A DNA stretch of 64,000 nucleotides. It comes from the human T2T-CHM13v2.0 reference genome, Homo sapiens. Made by a program: the position numbers and the translations under genes. Location of the stretch: assembly GCF_009914755.1 (NCBI RefSeq), contig NC_060946.1. One strand, given 5' to 3'. Each line of letters starts with the position of its first letter. The first letter of the stretch is position 1. A model generated the notes under the pieces. The model was not told the origin of the DNA and searched no databases. It saw nothing but the letters and a program-made list of their open reading frames with translations. Of this stretch, positions 41,501-53,470 are shown piece by piece.

Positions 41501-44500
41501 ACGGAATGGAGTGGAGTGGAATGGAATGGAATGCAGTGGAATTGAATGGTATGGAATTGAGTGGAATGGAATGGAATGCAGCAGAATGCAGTGGAGTGGA
41601 ATGGAGAGGAGTGGAAGGAGTGGAGTGGAATGGAGTGGAATCGAGTGGCATGGAATGAAATGGAATGGAGTGTAGGGGAGTGAAGTTGAGTGGAGTGGAG
41701 TGGATTGAAGGGGAATGGAGACGAATTGAGTGAAATGGAGCGGGGTGGACTGGAGTGGAGTGAAATGGAATGGAGTGGAATGGAACGGAATGGAACGGAA
41801 CAGAAAGAAATGGATCTCAGTGGAGAGGAGTGGAGTGAAGTTCAGTGGAGTGGATGGGAGTGCAGTGAAATGGAATGGATTGTAGTGGAATGGAGTGCAG
41901 TCGAGTGCAGTGGAGTGGAGTGGATTGGAGTGGAAAGTCGTTGAATAGAATGCAGTGGAGTGGAATGTAAAGGAATGGAATGGAATGGAACAGAAAGGAA
42001 CGGAGTGGAGTGGAGTTGATTGAATTGGAATCGAGTGCACTGGAGTGGAAAGGAATGGAATTGATTGGAATGGAGTAAAGTGCATCAGAGTGCAGTGGAA
42101 TGGAATGGAATGGAATGGAATGGTGTGGAGTGGAGTGCAGTAGAGTGGAGTGGATTGGATTGGAATGGAGAAGAATGCAGTGGAATGGAATGGAGTGCAT
42201 TGGAATGGAATGGTATGGAACAGAATGGAATTGAATGGGACAGAATGGAATGTAACAGAAAGGAACAGAGTGGAATGGAGTGGAGTTGAGTGGAATTGAG
42301 TGGAGTGGATCAAAGTGCAGTGGAATGGAATGGTATAGAATGGAATGGGATGGGATGGGTTGGGATGGAATACAATGGAATGGGAAGGGATGGAATGGAG
42401 TGGAGTGGAATGGAGTGGAGTGGAGAGGAATGGAATGGAGAGGAGTGGAGTGGAATGGAGTGGAGTGGAGGGGATTGGATCGGAGTGCAGTGGACTGGAA
42501 TGGAATGGAATTGAGTGGAGTGGAGTGGAATGGAATTTAATGGAATGGAGTGGAGTGGAGTGGATTGAAGTGGAATCGAATGGAATGGAGTGGAGTGGAA
42601 TGGAATGGAAGGCAATGGAATGGTGTGGAGTGGAATGAAATGGAGTCGAGTGGAGTGGAGTAGAATGGAGTGGAGTGCAAGGGACTGGAGTACACTGGAG
42701 TGGAGTGGAGTAGAAGGCAGTGTCATGGAATGGAATGGAATGGAATGGGAATGAATGCAATGTAATGGTGAAATGAAATGAGAGCTAAGATTGTATCAGT
42801 GCACTCCAGTCTGGGTGACAGAGTGAGATCCAGTTGAAATAAAGGAATGGAATGGAATGGAGTAAAATGCAATGGCATTGAGTTGTGTGGAAAGGAATGC
42901 AGTGGAAAGGCATGGAGTGAAGTGGATAGGAGTGAAGTGGAATGGAGTGGAGAGGAATGGAGTGGAACAGAGTGGAATGGATTGAAATGGAGTGTATTGG
43001 AGTGAACTGGAATGAAGTGGAGTGGAATGGCGTGGAACAGAGTGGAATGGAATGGAGTGGAGTGGAATGGAATGGAGAGGACTGGAGTGGAATGGAATGG
43101 AATGGAGTGGCGTGGAGTGGAATGGAATGGAGTCTAGTTGAGTGGAGTGGAATGGAGTGGATTGCAGTGGATTGGAATGCAGTGCAGTGGAGTGGAGTGG
43201 AATGGAATGGAGTCTAGTTGAGTGGAGTGGAATGGAGTGGATTGCAGTGGATTGGAATGCAGTGCAGTGGAGTGGAGTGGAACGGAATGGAATGGAATGG
43301 AATGGAATAGATGGGAATGGAATGGAACGGAATGCTATGGAATGGTGAAACGAAATGTGAGCTAAGATTGTGCCACTGCACTCCACTCTTGGAGACAGAG
43401 TGAGATCCAGTCGAAATAAAGGAATGGAATGGAATGGAGTAAAATGCAATGGAATAGATTGGTGTGGAATGGAATGGAATGGAACGGAGTGGAGTGGAGT
43501 GGAATGGAGTGGAGAGGAATGGAGTGGAGTGGAATGGTGTGGAGTGGATTGGTGTGGAGTGCAATGGAATTGTATGGAATGGAATGAAGTGGAATGGAGT
43601 GGAGAGGAGTGTAATGGAGTTTATTGGAATGGAGTGCAGTGCAATGGAGAGGAATGGAATGGAATGCAATGCAGTGGAATGGATTGGAGTGGAATGGAGT
43701 GGAGTGGAATGGCATGGAGAGGAATGGAATGGAATGGGACTGAAGGGAACGGAACGGGAGGGAATGGAGTGGAGCAGAGTGGAGTGGAAAGGAGTGGAGT
43801 TGAGTGGAGTGGATCAGAGTGCAGTGGAATGGAATGGAAAGGAAGGGAATGGAATGAAGAGGAGAGGAGTGGAGTGGCATGGAGTTTAGTGGAGTGGATT
43901 TGAGTGAGGTGGATAGCAGTGCAGTGGAATGGAATGGAACGGAATGGAATGGAACGGAATGGAATGGAAGAGTGCAGTGGAGTGGAGTGGAGGGGAATGG
44001 AATGGAATGTATTGGAATGGAATGGATTGTAGTGGAATTGAATGGAATGGATTGAAATGGAATGGAAGGGAATGGAATGGAATGGATTGGAGTGGAGTGG
44101 AATGGAGTGCAGTGGAGTTGAGTGGAGTGGATGAGAGCAGTGGAATGGAATCTAATGCAATGGAATGGAATGGAATGCAATGGAATGAAGTGGAGTGGAA
44201 TGGAATTCAATGGAGTGAAGTGGATCAGAGTGCAGTGGAATGGAATGAAATGAAATGAAGTGCAGAGGAGTGGAGTGGCATGGAGTTTAGTGGAGTGGAT
44301 TTTAGTGGAGTAGATCACAGTGCAGTGGAATGGAATGGAATGGAATGGAGTGCAGTGGAGTGGAGGGCAATGGAATGGAATGTAGTGGAATAGAATGGAT
44401 TGTGGTGGAATTGAATGGAATAGAATGAAATGGAATTGAAGGGAACAGAATGGAATGGAACTGATTGTAGTGGAGTGGAATGGAGTGGAGTGGAGTTGAG

Positions 44501-47500
44501 TGGAGTGGATCTGAGTGCAGTTGAAGGGAATCTAATGGAATGGAATGGAATGCAATGGAATGAAGTGGAGTGGAATGTAATGCAATGGAGTGGAGTGGAG
44601 TGGAGAGCAGTGGAGTAGAGTGGAGGGCAGTGGAGTGGTGTGGAGGGGAATGGAGTGGAATGGAGTGAAATGGAGCGGCGTGGAGTGGAGTGGTGTGCAA
44701 TAGAATGGAGTGGAATGGAATGGAATGCAACGGATTACAGTGGAGAGGAGTTGATGGAGTTGATCGGAGTGCATTGGAATGGAATGGAATGGAATGGATT
44801 GGAATGGAGTGCAGTGGAATGGAATGGAATGGAGTGGAGTGCAGTGGAAAGGAGTTGAATGGAATGGTGAAATAAAATGTGAGCTAAGATTGTGCCACTG
44901 CAGTCCAGTCTGGGTGACAGAGGGAGATCTGGTCGAAATAAAGGAATGGAATGCAATGGAGCAGAAGGGAATAGAATGGAGTGGAGTGGAATGCAATGCA
45001 TTGGAATAAAGTGGAATGGAGAGTAAAGGAGTGGAATGGTATGGAATGGAGTGGAGTGGAATGGCATGCAGTAGAGTGCAGTGGAGTGGAATGGAGAGCA
45101 GTGGAAGGAGTGGAGTGGAATGGAATGGAATGGAGTGACATGGAATGGAATGCAATGGAGTGGAATGGAATGGATTGGAGTGGAATGGAATGGAGTGCAG
45201 TGTAGTGGAGTGGAGTGGAGTGGAATGAAGGGGAATGGAGTCGAATGCAGTGAAATGGAGAAGGGTGGACTGGAGTGGAGTGGAATGTATTGGAGTGGAA
45301 TGAAACAGAATGGTGCGGAAAGGAAAGAAATAGATCTCAGTGGAGTGGAGTGGAGTGCAGTTCTGTGGAGTGGATGGGAGTGCAGTGAAATGGAATGGAG
45401 TGTAATGGAATAGAGTGGAGTGGACTGCAGTGCAGTGGAGTGGAGTGGAATGGAGTGGAATGTCGCTGAATAGAATGCAGTGTAATGGAATGCAATGAAA
45501 TAGAACGAAATGGAAAGGAATGGAATGGAATGGAATGGAATGGAATGGAATGGAATGGAACGGAAAGAAACGGAGTGGAGTGGAGTGGAGTTGATTGAAG
45601 TGGAACGGAGTGAACTGGAATGGATGGAATGGAATTGATTGGAATGGAGTGGAGTGGAGTGGATCAGATCGGAGTGCAGTGGAATGGAATGGAATGGAAT
45701 GGAATGGATTGGAGTGGAGTGTAGTGGTGTGGAATGGCGTAGAATGCAGTGGAATGGAACAGAGTGCATTGGAATGGAATGGAATGGAACGGAATGGAAT
45801 GGAATGGGAAGGAATGGAATGGAATAGAAGGGAACAGAGTGGAATGGAGTGGGGTTGAGTGGAGTTGAGTAAAGTGGATCAAAATGTAGTAGAATGGAAT
45901 GGAATGGAAGGGAAGGGAATTGAATGGAATGGAGTGGAGTGGAGTGGAATAGAGTGGAGTTGAGTTTAGACGAATGGAGTGGAATGCAGTGGAATGGAAT
46001 GGAGGGGAGTCAAACGAAAGGAATGGAATGGAATAGAGTGGAACGGAGTGGAGTGGAGTGGTGTGCAATGGAGTTGAGTAGCATGGAGTAGAGTGGAAAA
46101 GAGAGGAGTGTAGTGCAGTGGAGTTGAGTGGATTGGATCGGAGTGCAGTGGAATGGAATGGAATGGAATAGAGTGGAGTGGAGTAGAATCGAGTGGAGTG
46201 GAGTGTAGTCGAATGGAGTGGAATAGGTTGGAATGGAATGGAGTACATTCGAATGGAATCGAATTGAACGCAATGGAATGGAATGCAAAGGAATGTAGTG
46301 GAATGGAACAGAATCGAGTGGAGTGGATTGGATTGGAGTTGAGTGGAGTGGATCAGAGAGCTGTGGAATGGAATGGTTTGAATGGAATGGAATGGAAGGG
46401 AAAGGAATGGAATGGAATGGTGAAATGAAATGTGAGCTAAGATATTGTTACTGAACTCCAGTCTGGGGGTCTGAGTGAGATCCTTTCGAAATAAAGGAAT
46501 GGAATGGAGTAGAATGGAAAGGAATGCAGTGGAATGTAATGGAATGGAGTGGAACAGAGTGAAGTGGGGTCGAATGGAGTGGAGTGGAATGGAGTGCAGT
46601 GGAATGGATTGGAAAGGAGTGGAATGGAATGGAATATCATGGAGTGGACTGGAATGGTATGGAGTGGAGTGGAATGGAATGGAGTGGAATGGAATGGAAC
46701 GGAACAGAATGGAATGGAACGGAATGGAACGGAATGGAGTGGAGTGGAATGGAATGGAGTGGAATGGAATGGAACGGAACAGAAAGGAATGGAACGGAAT
46801 AGAATGGACTGGAGTGTTGTGAAGTTGAGTGGAGTGGACAGGACTTCAGTGGAATGGAATGGAATGAAATGGAATGGTATGGAGTGGAGTGGACTGGAGT
46901 GGAATGGAGTGGAATTGAGTGGAGTGGAGTGGAGTGGAATGGAATGGAGTGCAGAGGAATGGAATGAAATTGAATGGAATGCAATGGAAAGGAACGGAGT
47001 GGAATGGAATGGAACAGAAAGGAGTGGAGTGGAGTGCAGTTGAGTGGATTGTATCAGAGTGCAGTGGATATGGAAGGGAATGGAATGCAATTGAATGGAA
47101 TTGAATGGAATGGAATGGAATGGAATGGAATGGAATGGAATGGTGAAATGAAATGTGAGCTAAGATTTTGCCACTGCTCTCCAGTCTGGGTGACATAGTG
47201 AGATCCAGTCAACATAAAAGAATGGAATGGAGTGGAGTAGAAAGGAATGGAATGGAGTGGAGTGGAATGGAGTGGAATGGAGTGGAGTGGAGTGGAGTGG
47301 AGTGGAGTGGAATGGAGTTGAATGGGATGGAGTGGAGAGGAATGGAATGAAATTGAATGGAATGCAATGGAAAGGAACAGAGTGGAATGGAATGGAACAG
47401 AAAAGAGTGGAGTAGAGTGCAGTTGAGTGGATTGTATCAGAGTGCAGTGGATATGGAAGGGAATGGAATGCAATTGAATGGAATTGAATGGAATGGAATG

Positions 47501-50500
47501 GAATGGAATGGAATGGAATGGAATGGTGAAATGAAATGTGAGCTAAGATTTTACCACTGCACTCCAGTCTGGGTGACAGAGTGAGATCCAGTCAACATAA
47601 AGGAATGGAATGGTGTGGGGTAAAAAGGAATGGAATGGAGTGGAGTGGAATGGAATGGAGTGGAAAGGAGTGAAGTGCAGTGGAATGGAGTGGGGTGGAA
47701 TGGAGTGGAATAGAGTGGAATGGAAGGGAGTGGAAAGGAATTGAAGGGAGTGGAAAGGAGTTCTGTGGATTGGAGTAGAGTGGAGTGGAATGGAGTAAGA
47801 GGAATGGAGCAGAATGGAGTGAAATGCAATGGAATGGAAAGGAATGGAATGGAATGGAATGCAATGAATTGGAGTGGAGTGGACTGGAGTGGAATGCAGT
47901 GAAATGGAGTGGAGTGGAAAGGAGTTGAGTGGAATTAAAAGGAGTGGAATGGAACGAAATGGAAAGGATTGGAACAGAATGGAAAGGACTGCAGTTGTGT
48001 GGAGAGGAGTGGAGTGGAGTCGAACAGAATGCAGTGGAATGGAATGGAATGGAGTGGAATGGAATGGAATGGAGTGGAATGGAATGGAGTGGAATGGAGT
48101 GGATTGGAATGGAATGGTGTGGAGTGGAATGGAGTGGAGTGGAATGGAATGGAATTGAGTGGAATGGAATGGAGTGGAATGGAGTGGATTGGAATGGTAT
48201 GGTGTGGAGTGGAATGGAGTGGAGTGGAATGGAATGGAACGGAATGGAATGGAAAGGAACAGAATGGAATGGAACGCCACGGAACGGAGTGGATTGGAGT
48301 GGATTTGAGTGGAATCGATCAGAGTGCAGTGGAATGGAATGGAATGGAGTGGAATGGAATGGAGTGGAGTGGAGTGGAATGTAGTGGAATGGTGTGAAGT
48401 GTAATGGAATGGAGTGGAATAGAATGGAATGGAATGGAATGGAATACAAAGGAGCAGAATGGAAAGGAATGCAACATAATTGAGTGGAGTGGAGCAGAGT
48501 TGAGTGGTGTTGAGTGGCATGGTTGGGATTGCCGTGTAATGGAATGGATTGGAATGGAATGGAAAGGTGTGTACTGGAATAGAGTGGAGTGGATTGGAGT
48601 GGAATGGAAAGGACTGGAAAGGAATGGAATGCAATGGAATGCAACGGATTGGAATGGAAGGGAATTAAATGGTGAAATGAAATTGGAGCTAAGATTGTGC
48701 CACTGCACTCCAGTCTGGGTGACAGAGTGAGATCCAGTTGAAATAAAGGAACGGAAAGAAACGGAGTAGAATGGAATGGAATGGAGAGGATTGGAAAGGA
48801 AAAAAGTGGAATGGAGTGGAGTGAGATGGAATGGAGTGGAGTGGAATGGAGTGGAGTGGAAAGGATGGGAATGGAATGGAATGCAATGGAATGGAATGGA
48901 GTGGAATGGGGTGGAATGGAGTGTAATGGATTGGTACGGAGTGGAATGGAATGGAATGGAGTAGAAAGGAGTGGAGTGTTATGCAATGGAGTGGAGTAGC
49001 ATGGAGTGGAGTGGAATGGAGTGGAGTGGATTGGAGTGGAGTTGAGTGGATTGGATCGAAGTGCAGTGGAATGCAATGGATTGGAATGGAATGGAATGCA
49101 ATGGAATAGAAGGGAGTGGAGTGGAGTGGAGTGTATTGGAATAGAGTTGAGTGGAGTGGAGACGAATGGAGTGGAATGGGGTGGAATGGAATGGAGAGGA
49201 GTCAAATGGAAAGGAATGGAATGGAATGGAGTGCAATGGAGTGGAATGGAGTGGAGTCAAATGGAAAGAAATGGAACGGAATGGAGTGCAATGGAGTGCA
49301 AAGGAGTGGAATGCAGTGGAATGGAGAGGAGTGGTGTGCAATGGAGTGGAGTGGAAAGGAGTGGAGTGGAGGGGAGTTGAGTGGATTGGATGGGAGTGCA
49401 GTGGAATGGAATGGAATGGAATGGAATAGATTGGAGTGGATTGGAGAGGAATAGAGTGGAGTAGAGTGGAGTGGAATGGAGTGGAATGCGGTGGAAAGGA
49501 ATGGAATGCATTTGAATGGAATCGAATGGAATGGAATGGAATGGAATGCAAAGGAATGTAGTGGAACGGAACAGAATGGCGTGGAGTGGATTAGAGTGGA
49601 GTTGAGTGGAGTGGATCGCAGAGCTGTGGAATGGAATGAAATTGGATGGAATGGAATGGAAGGGAAAGGAAAGGAATAGAATGGTGAAGTGAAATGTGAG
49701 CTAAGATTGTGTTACTGAACTCCAGACTGGTTGGCAGAGTGGGATCCTTTAGAAATAAAGGAGTGGAATGGAATGGAGTAGAATGGAAAGGAATGAAGTG
49801 GAGTGTAATGGGTTGGAGTGGAGTGGAGTCGAATGGAGTGGAGGGAAATGGAGTGGATTGGAATGGATTGGAAAGGAGTGGAATGGAATGGAATATCAAG
49901 GAGTAGAATGGAATCGAATGGAGTGGAGTGGAATGGAGTGGAGTGGCTTGTAGTGCAATGGAGTGGAATGCCATGGAAGGCAATGCAATGTAATAGAGTG
50001 GAATGGAATGGACTAGAGAGGAATGGAGTGGTGTGGATTGGAATGCAGTGGAGTGGAATGGATTGTAGTGTAATGGAGTGGAATTGAGTGGAAGGAAATG
50101 GAGTGGAATGGAGAGGAAAGGAAAGAATGGAGTGGAATGAAATGGAGTGGAGTGGAGTGGAATGCAGTGGCATACAGTGCAGTGTAATTGAGTGGAATGG
50201 AATGGAACGGAATGGAATGTAAAGGAAGGGAATGGAACGGAATGTAGTGGAGTGGAGTGGAAAGGAGTGGAGTGAAATGGAATGGAGTGGAAGGGAACAG
50301 AATGGAACGGAGTGTAGTAGAGTGGATTGGAATAGAGTTCAGTGGAGTGGATTGGACTGCAGTGGAATGGAATGGAATGGAATGGTATGGAGTTGAGTGG
50401 AGTGGAGTTTAGTGCAATGGAGTGGAATGGAGTGGAGTGGAGTGGAGTGAAATGGGGTGGAATGGAATGGAGTAGAGTGGAATGCAATGGAATGGAATGG

Positions 50501-52929
50501 CATGGAATGGAAAGGAGTGGAAGGGAATGGAGTGGAGTGGAGGGGAGTGTAATAGAGTGGAGTGGAGTGGAATTGAGTGGAATGGAATGGAGTGGAATAG
50601 AGTGGAATGGAATGGAACGGATTGTAATGGAAAGGAACAGAAAACAACGGAGTGGAGTGGAGTGGAAAGGAATGGAGTGGAATAGAATGGAATGGATCTG
50701 ATTGGAATGAAAAGGAACGGAGCAGAACGGACTGGAGTGGAGTGGAATGGAAAGGAGTGGAGTGTAATGGAATGGAGTATGATGGTATGGAAGGGAACAG
50801 AAGGGAATGGAATGGAATGGAACGGAGTGTAGTAGAGTGGATTGGATTGGAGTTGAGTGCAGTGGATCAGACTGCAGTGGAATGCAATGGAATGGAATGG
50901 TATGGAGTCGAGTGGAGTGATTTTTATTGGAGTGGAGTGGAATGGAGTGGATTGGCACGGAGTGGAGTTGAATGGAGTGCAATTGAGTGAAATGGAATGG
51001 AATGGAGAGGAATTGAATGAAGTGGAACCGAAAGAAATGGAATGTAACAGATTGGAATGGAACAGAACAGAATGGAGTGGAGTGGAGTGGAGTTGATTGC
51101 ATCGGAGTGCAGTGGAATAGAATGGAATGCAATGGAATGGAATGGAATGGAATGGAATGGAATGGAATGGCATGGAATGGCTAAACGAAATGTGAGCTAA
51201 GATTGTACCATTGGACTCCAGTCTGGGTGACATTGTGAGATCCAGTCGAAATAAAGGAATGGAAAAGAGTAGAAAGGAATAGAATAGAGTGGAGTGGAAT
51301 GGAATGGAGTAGAGTGCAGTGGAATGGAGTTTAGTGGAAGGGAGTCAATTAGAATGGAGTGGAATGGAGGGGAATGGAAAGGAGTGGAATGGAATGGATT
51401 GGAATGGAGTGGAGTGGAGGGGATTGGAGAGGAATGGAGTGGAATGGAGTGGAATGTGGTGAAATAGAGTGGAGTGGATAGCAGTGCAGTGGAACATAAT
51501 GGAGTGGAATGGAACAGAATGGAATGGAATGGAAAGGATTGCAGTGGAGTGGAGTGGAGTGGAGTTGAGTGGAGTGGAGTGGAGTTGAGTGGAGTGGATC
51601 GGAATGCAGTGGAATGGAATTGAATGGAAGGTAGTGGAGTGAAGTGGAGTGGAGTGGAATGTAGTAGAATGGAATGGAATGGAATGGAACGGAATGGAAT
51701 GGAGTGGAGTGGAGTGGAGTGGAATGTAGTGGAATGGAATGGAGTGGAATGGAAGGGAATGGAACGGAATGGAATGGAACAGAATGGAATGGAATGGAAT
51801 GGAATGGAATGGAATGGAACCCAATAGAACAAAGTGGAGTGGAATGGAGTGGTGTTGAGTGGAGTGGATTAGATTGCCATGGAGTGGAATGGAATGAAAT
51901 GCAATGGAATGGAAAGGAGTGTAGGGAAAAGGAGTGGAGTGGAGGACATCCGAAAGGAATGGAATGGAATGGAATGGAATGGAATGGAATGGAATGGAAT
52001 GGAATGGAATGGAATGGAATGGAAATGTGAACTGAAATGTGAGCTAAGATTGTGCCACTGCACTCCAGTCTGGGTGACAGAGAGGGATCCAGTCGAAATA
52101 AATGAATGGAATGGAATGGAGTAGAATGGAAGGGCATGGAGTGGAGTGGAATGGAATGGAGGGGAATGGAGTGGAGTGGAGTCCAATGCAGTGTAGTAGA
52201 AAGCAGTGGAATGGAATGGAATAGAGTGGAGTTGAATTGCATGGAGTGGAATGAGTGGAGGGGAGTGGAATGGAGTGGAGTGGAGGGGAATTGAATGGAC
52301 TGGAGAGGAATGGAGTGGGTTGGAATGGAGTGGAATAGAGTGGAATGGAATGGAGTGGAGGAGGATGGACTGGAATGGAGTGGAGGAGGATGGACTGGAA
52401 TGGAGTGGAGGAGGATGGACTGGAATGGAGTGAAATGGAATGGAATGGAATGGAATGGAATAAGGTTGAATGGAATGGAACGAAATAGACCGGAACGGAA
52501 TGGAATGGAAAGGAGTGGAGTGGAGTTGAATGAAGTTGAGTTTAATGGATCAGAGTGCAGTGCAATGGAATGGAATGGAAGGGACTGGAATGGAGTGGAG
52601 TGGAGTGGAGTGGTGTGTACTGGAGAGGAGTGGAGTGGATGGGAGTGCAGTGGAGTGGAGTGGAATGGAGTGAAGTGGAATGCAATGGAATGGAATGAAA
52701 TGCAACGGAATCGAATGGAATGGAATGGAACAGATGAAACTGATTAGAGAAGAGTGTAGTGGGGTGGAGTGGAGAGGAGTCAAGTGGAACGGAATGCAAT
52801 GGAATGAACTGGAATGGAATGGAATGGAGTGGAATAAAATGGAATGGAATGGTGAAATGAAATGTGAGCTAAGAATGTGCTACTACACTACTGTGTGGGT
52901 GACAGATTGAGATCCAGTTGAAATAAAGG
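23582..52929 (+). mobile_element. About 31 interspersed copies of a ~55-60 bp Alu right-arm 3'-end fragment amplified as part of the satellite
   Basis: Consensus ggtgaaatg(a/t)aatGTGAGCTAAGATTGTGCCACTGCACTCCAGTCTGGGTGACAGAGTGAGATCCagtcgaaataaagg versus Alu GTGAGCCGAGATCGCGCCACTGCACTCCAGCCTGGGCGACAGAGCGAGACTCC. The agctaag core (or a variant) is at about 23598, 24535, 25081, 25728, 26144, 26541, 27453, 28029, 28766, 30066, 31831, 32413, 33474, 34785, 35706, 36977, 38418, 39180, 40042, 41287, 42783, 43360, 44882, 46435, 47158, 47541, 48687, 49699, 51195, 52042 and 52867. Confidence 0.9.
52346..52432. repeat. Perfect 25-bp minisatellite (tggaatggagtggaggaggatggac) x ~3.5 within HSat3
   Basis: Identical units at 52346-52370, 52371-52395 and 52396-52420, plus a partial unit. 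Confidence 0.9.
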
Positions 52930-53470
52930 AATGTAATGGAATGGAGTAGAATGGAATGGAATGGAGTGGACTGGAATGGAATGGAGGGGAATGGATTGGA
53001 GTGGAGTGGAATGGAGTGGATTGGAATGGAGTGGAGTGGAACGGAGTGGAATGGAGTGGAATGGAATGGAATGGAGTGGAATGGAATGGAATGGAGTGGA
53101 ATGGAGTGGAGTGGAATGGAGTGGAGTGGAATGGAGTGAACTTGAGTGGAACAGAATGGAGTTTAGTGGAGTGCAGTGGAGTGGAATGGAATGGAATTGA
53201 GTGGCATGCAATGGAACAGAATGGAACAGAATGGAACGGAGTGGAGTGGAGTGGAGTGTAGTGTATCGGAGTGCAGGGGAATGGAATGAAATGGAATTGA
53301 ATGGATTTTAGCAGAGTTGAGTGGAGTTTAATGTAGTGGAGTGGAATGGAGTGTAGTGGAGTGGAGTGGAATGGAGTGGAACAGAAAGGGGTGGAATGGT
53401 ACTGAATGGAGTGGGGTCGAGTGGAGTGGAATGGAGTGGACTGCAATGCAGTGGAATGGAATGGAATGGA

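Larger units (their letters stand above)
22941..53470. repeat. Satellite III (HSat3), GGAAT/GGAGT-mixed type, with embedded Alu-derived units
   Basis: Degenerate pentamers GGAAT and GGAGT (also GCAGT, GGATT, GGAAA) lie on the + strand throughout, punctuated by a recurrent ~80 bp non-pentameric unit. Right boundary is approximate. Confidence 0.95.

Noticed and set aside
23582-52929. CRISPR-like arrangement of a conserved ~80 bp repeat separated by variable spacers
   Set aside because: The repeat is Alu-derived, the spacers are 300-1700 bp of satellite pentamers, there are no cas genes and the context is primate DNA.
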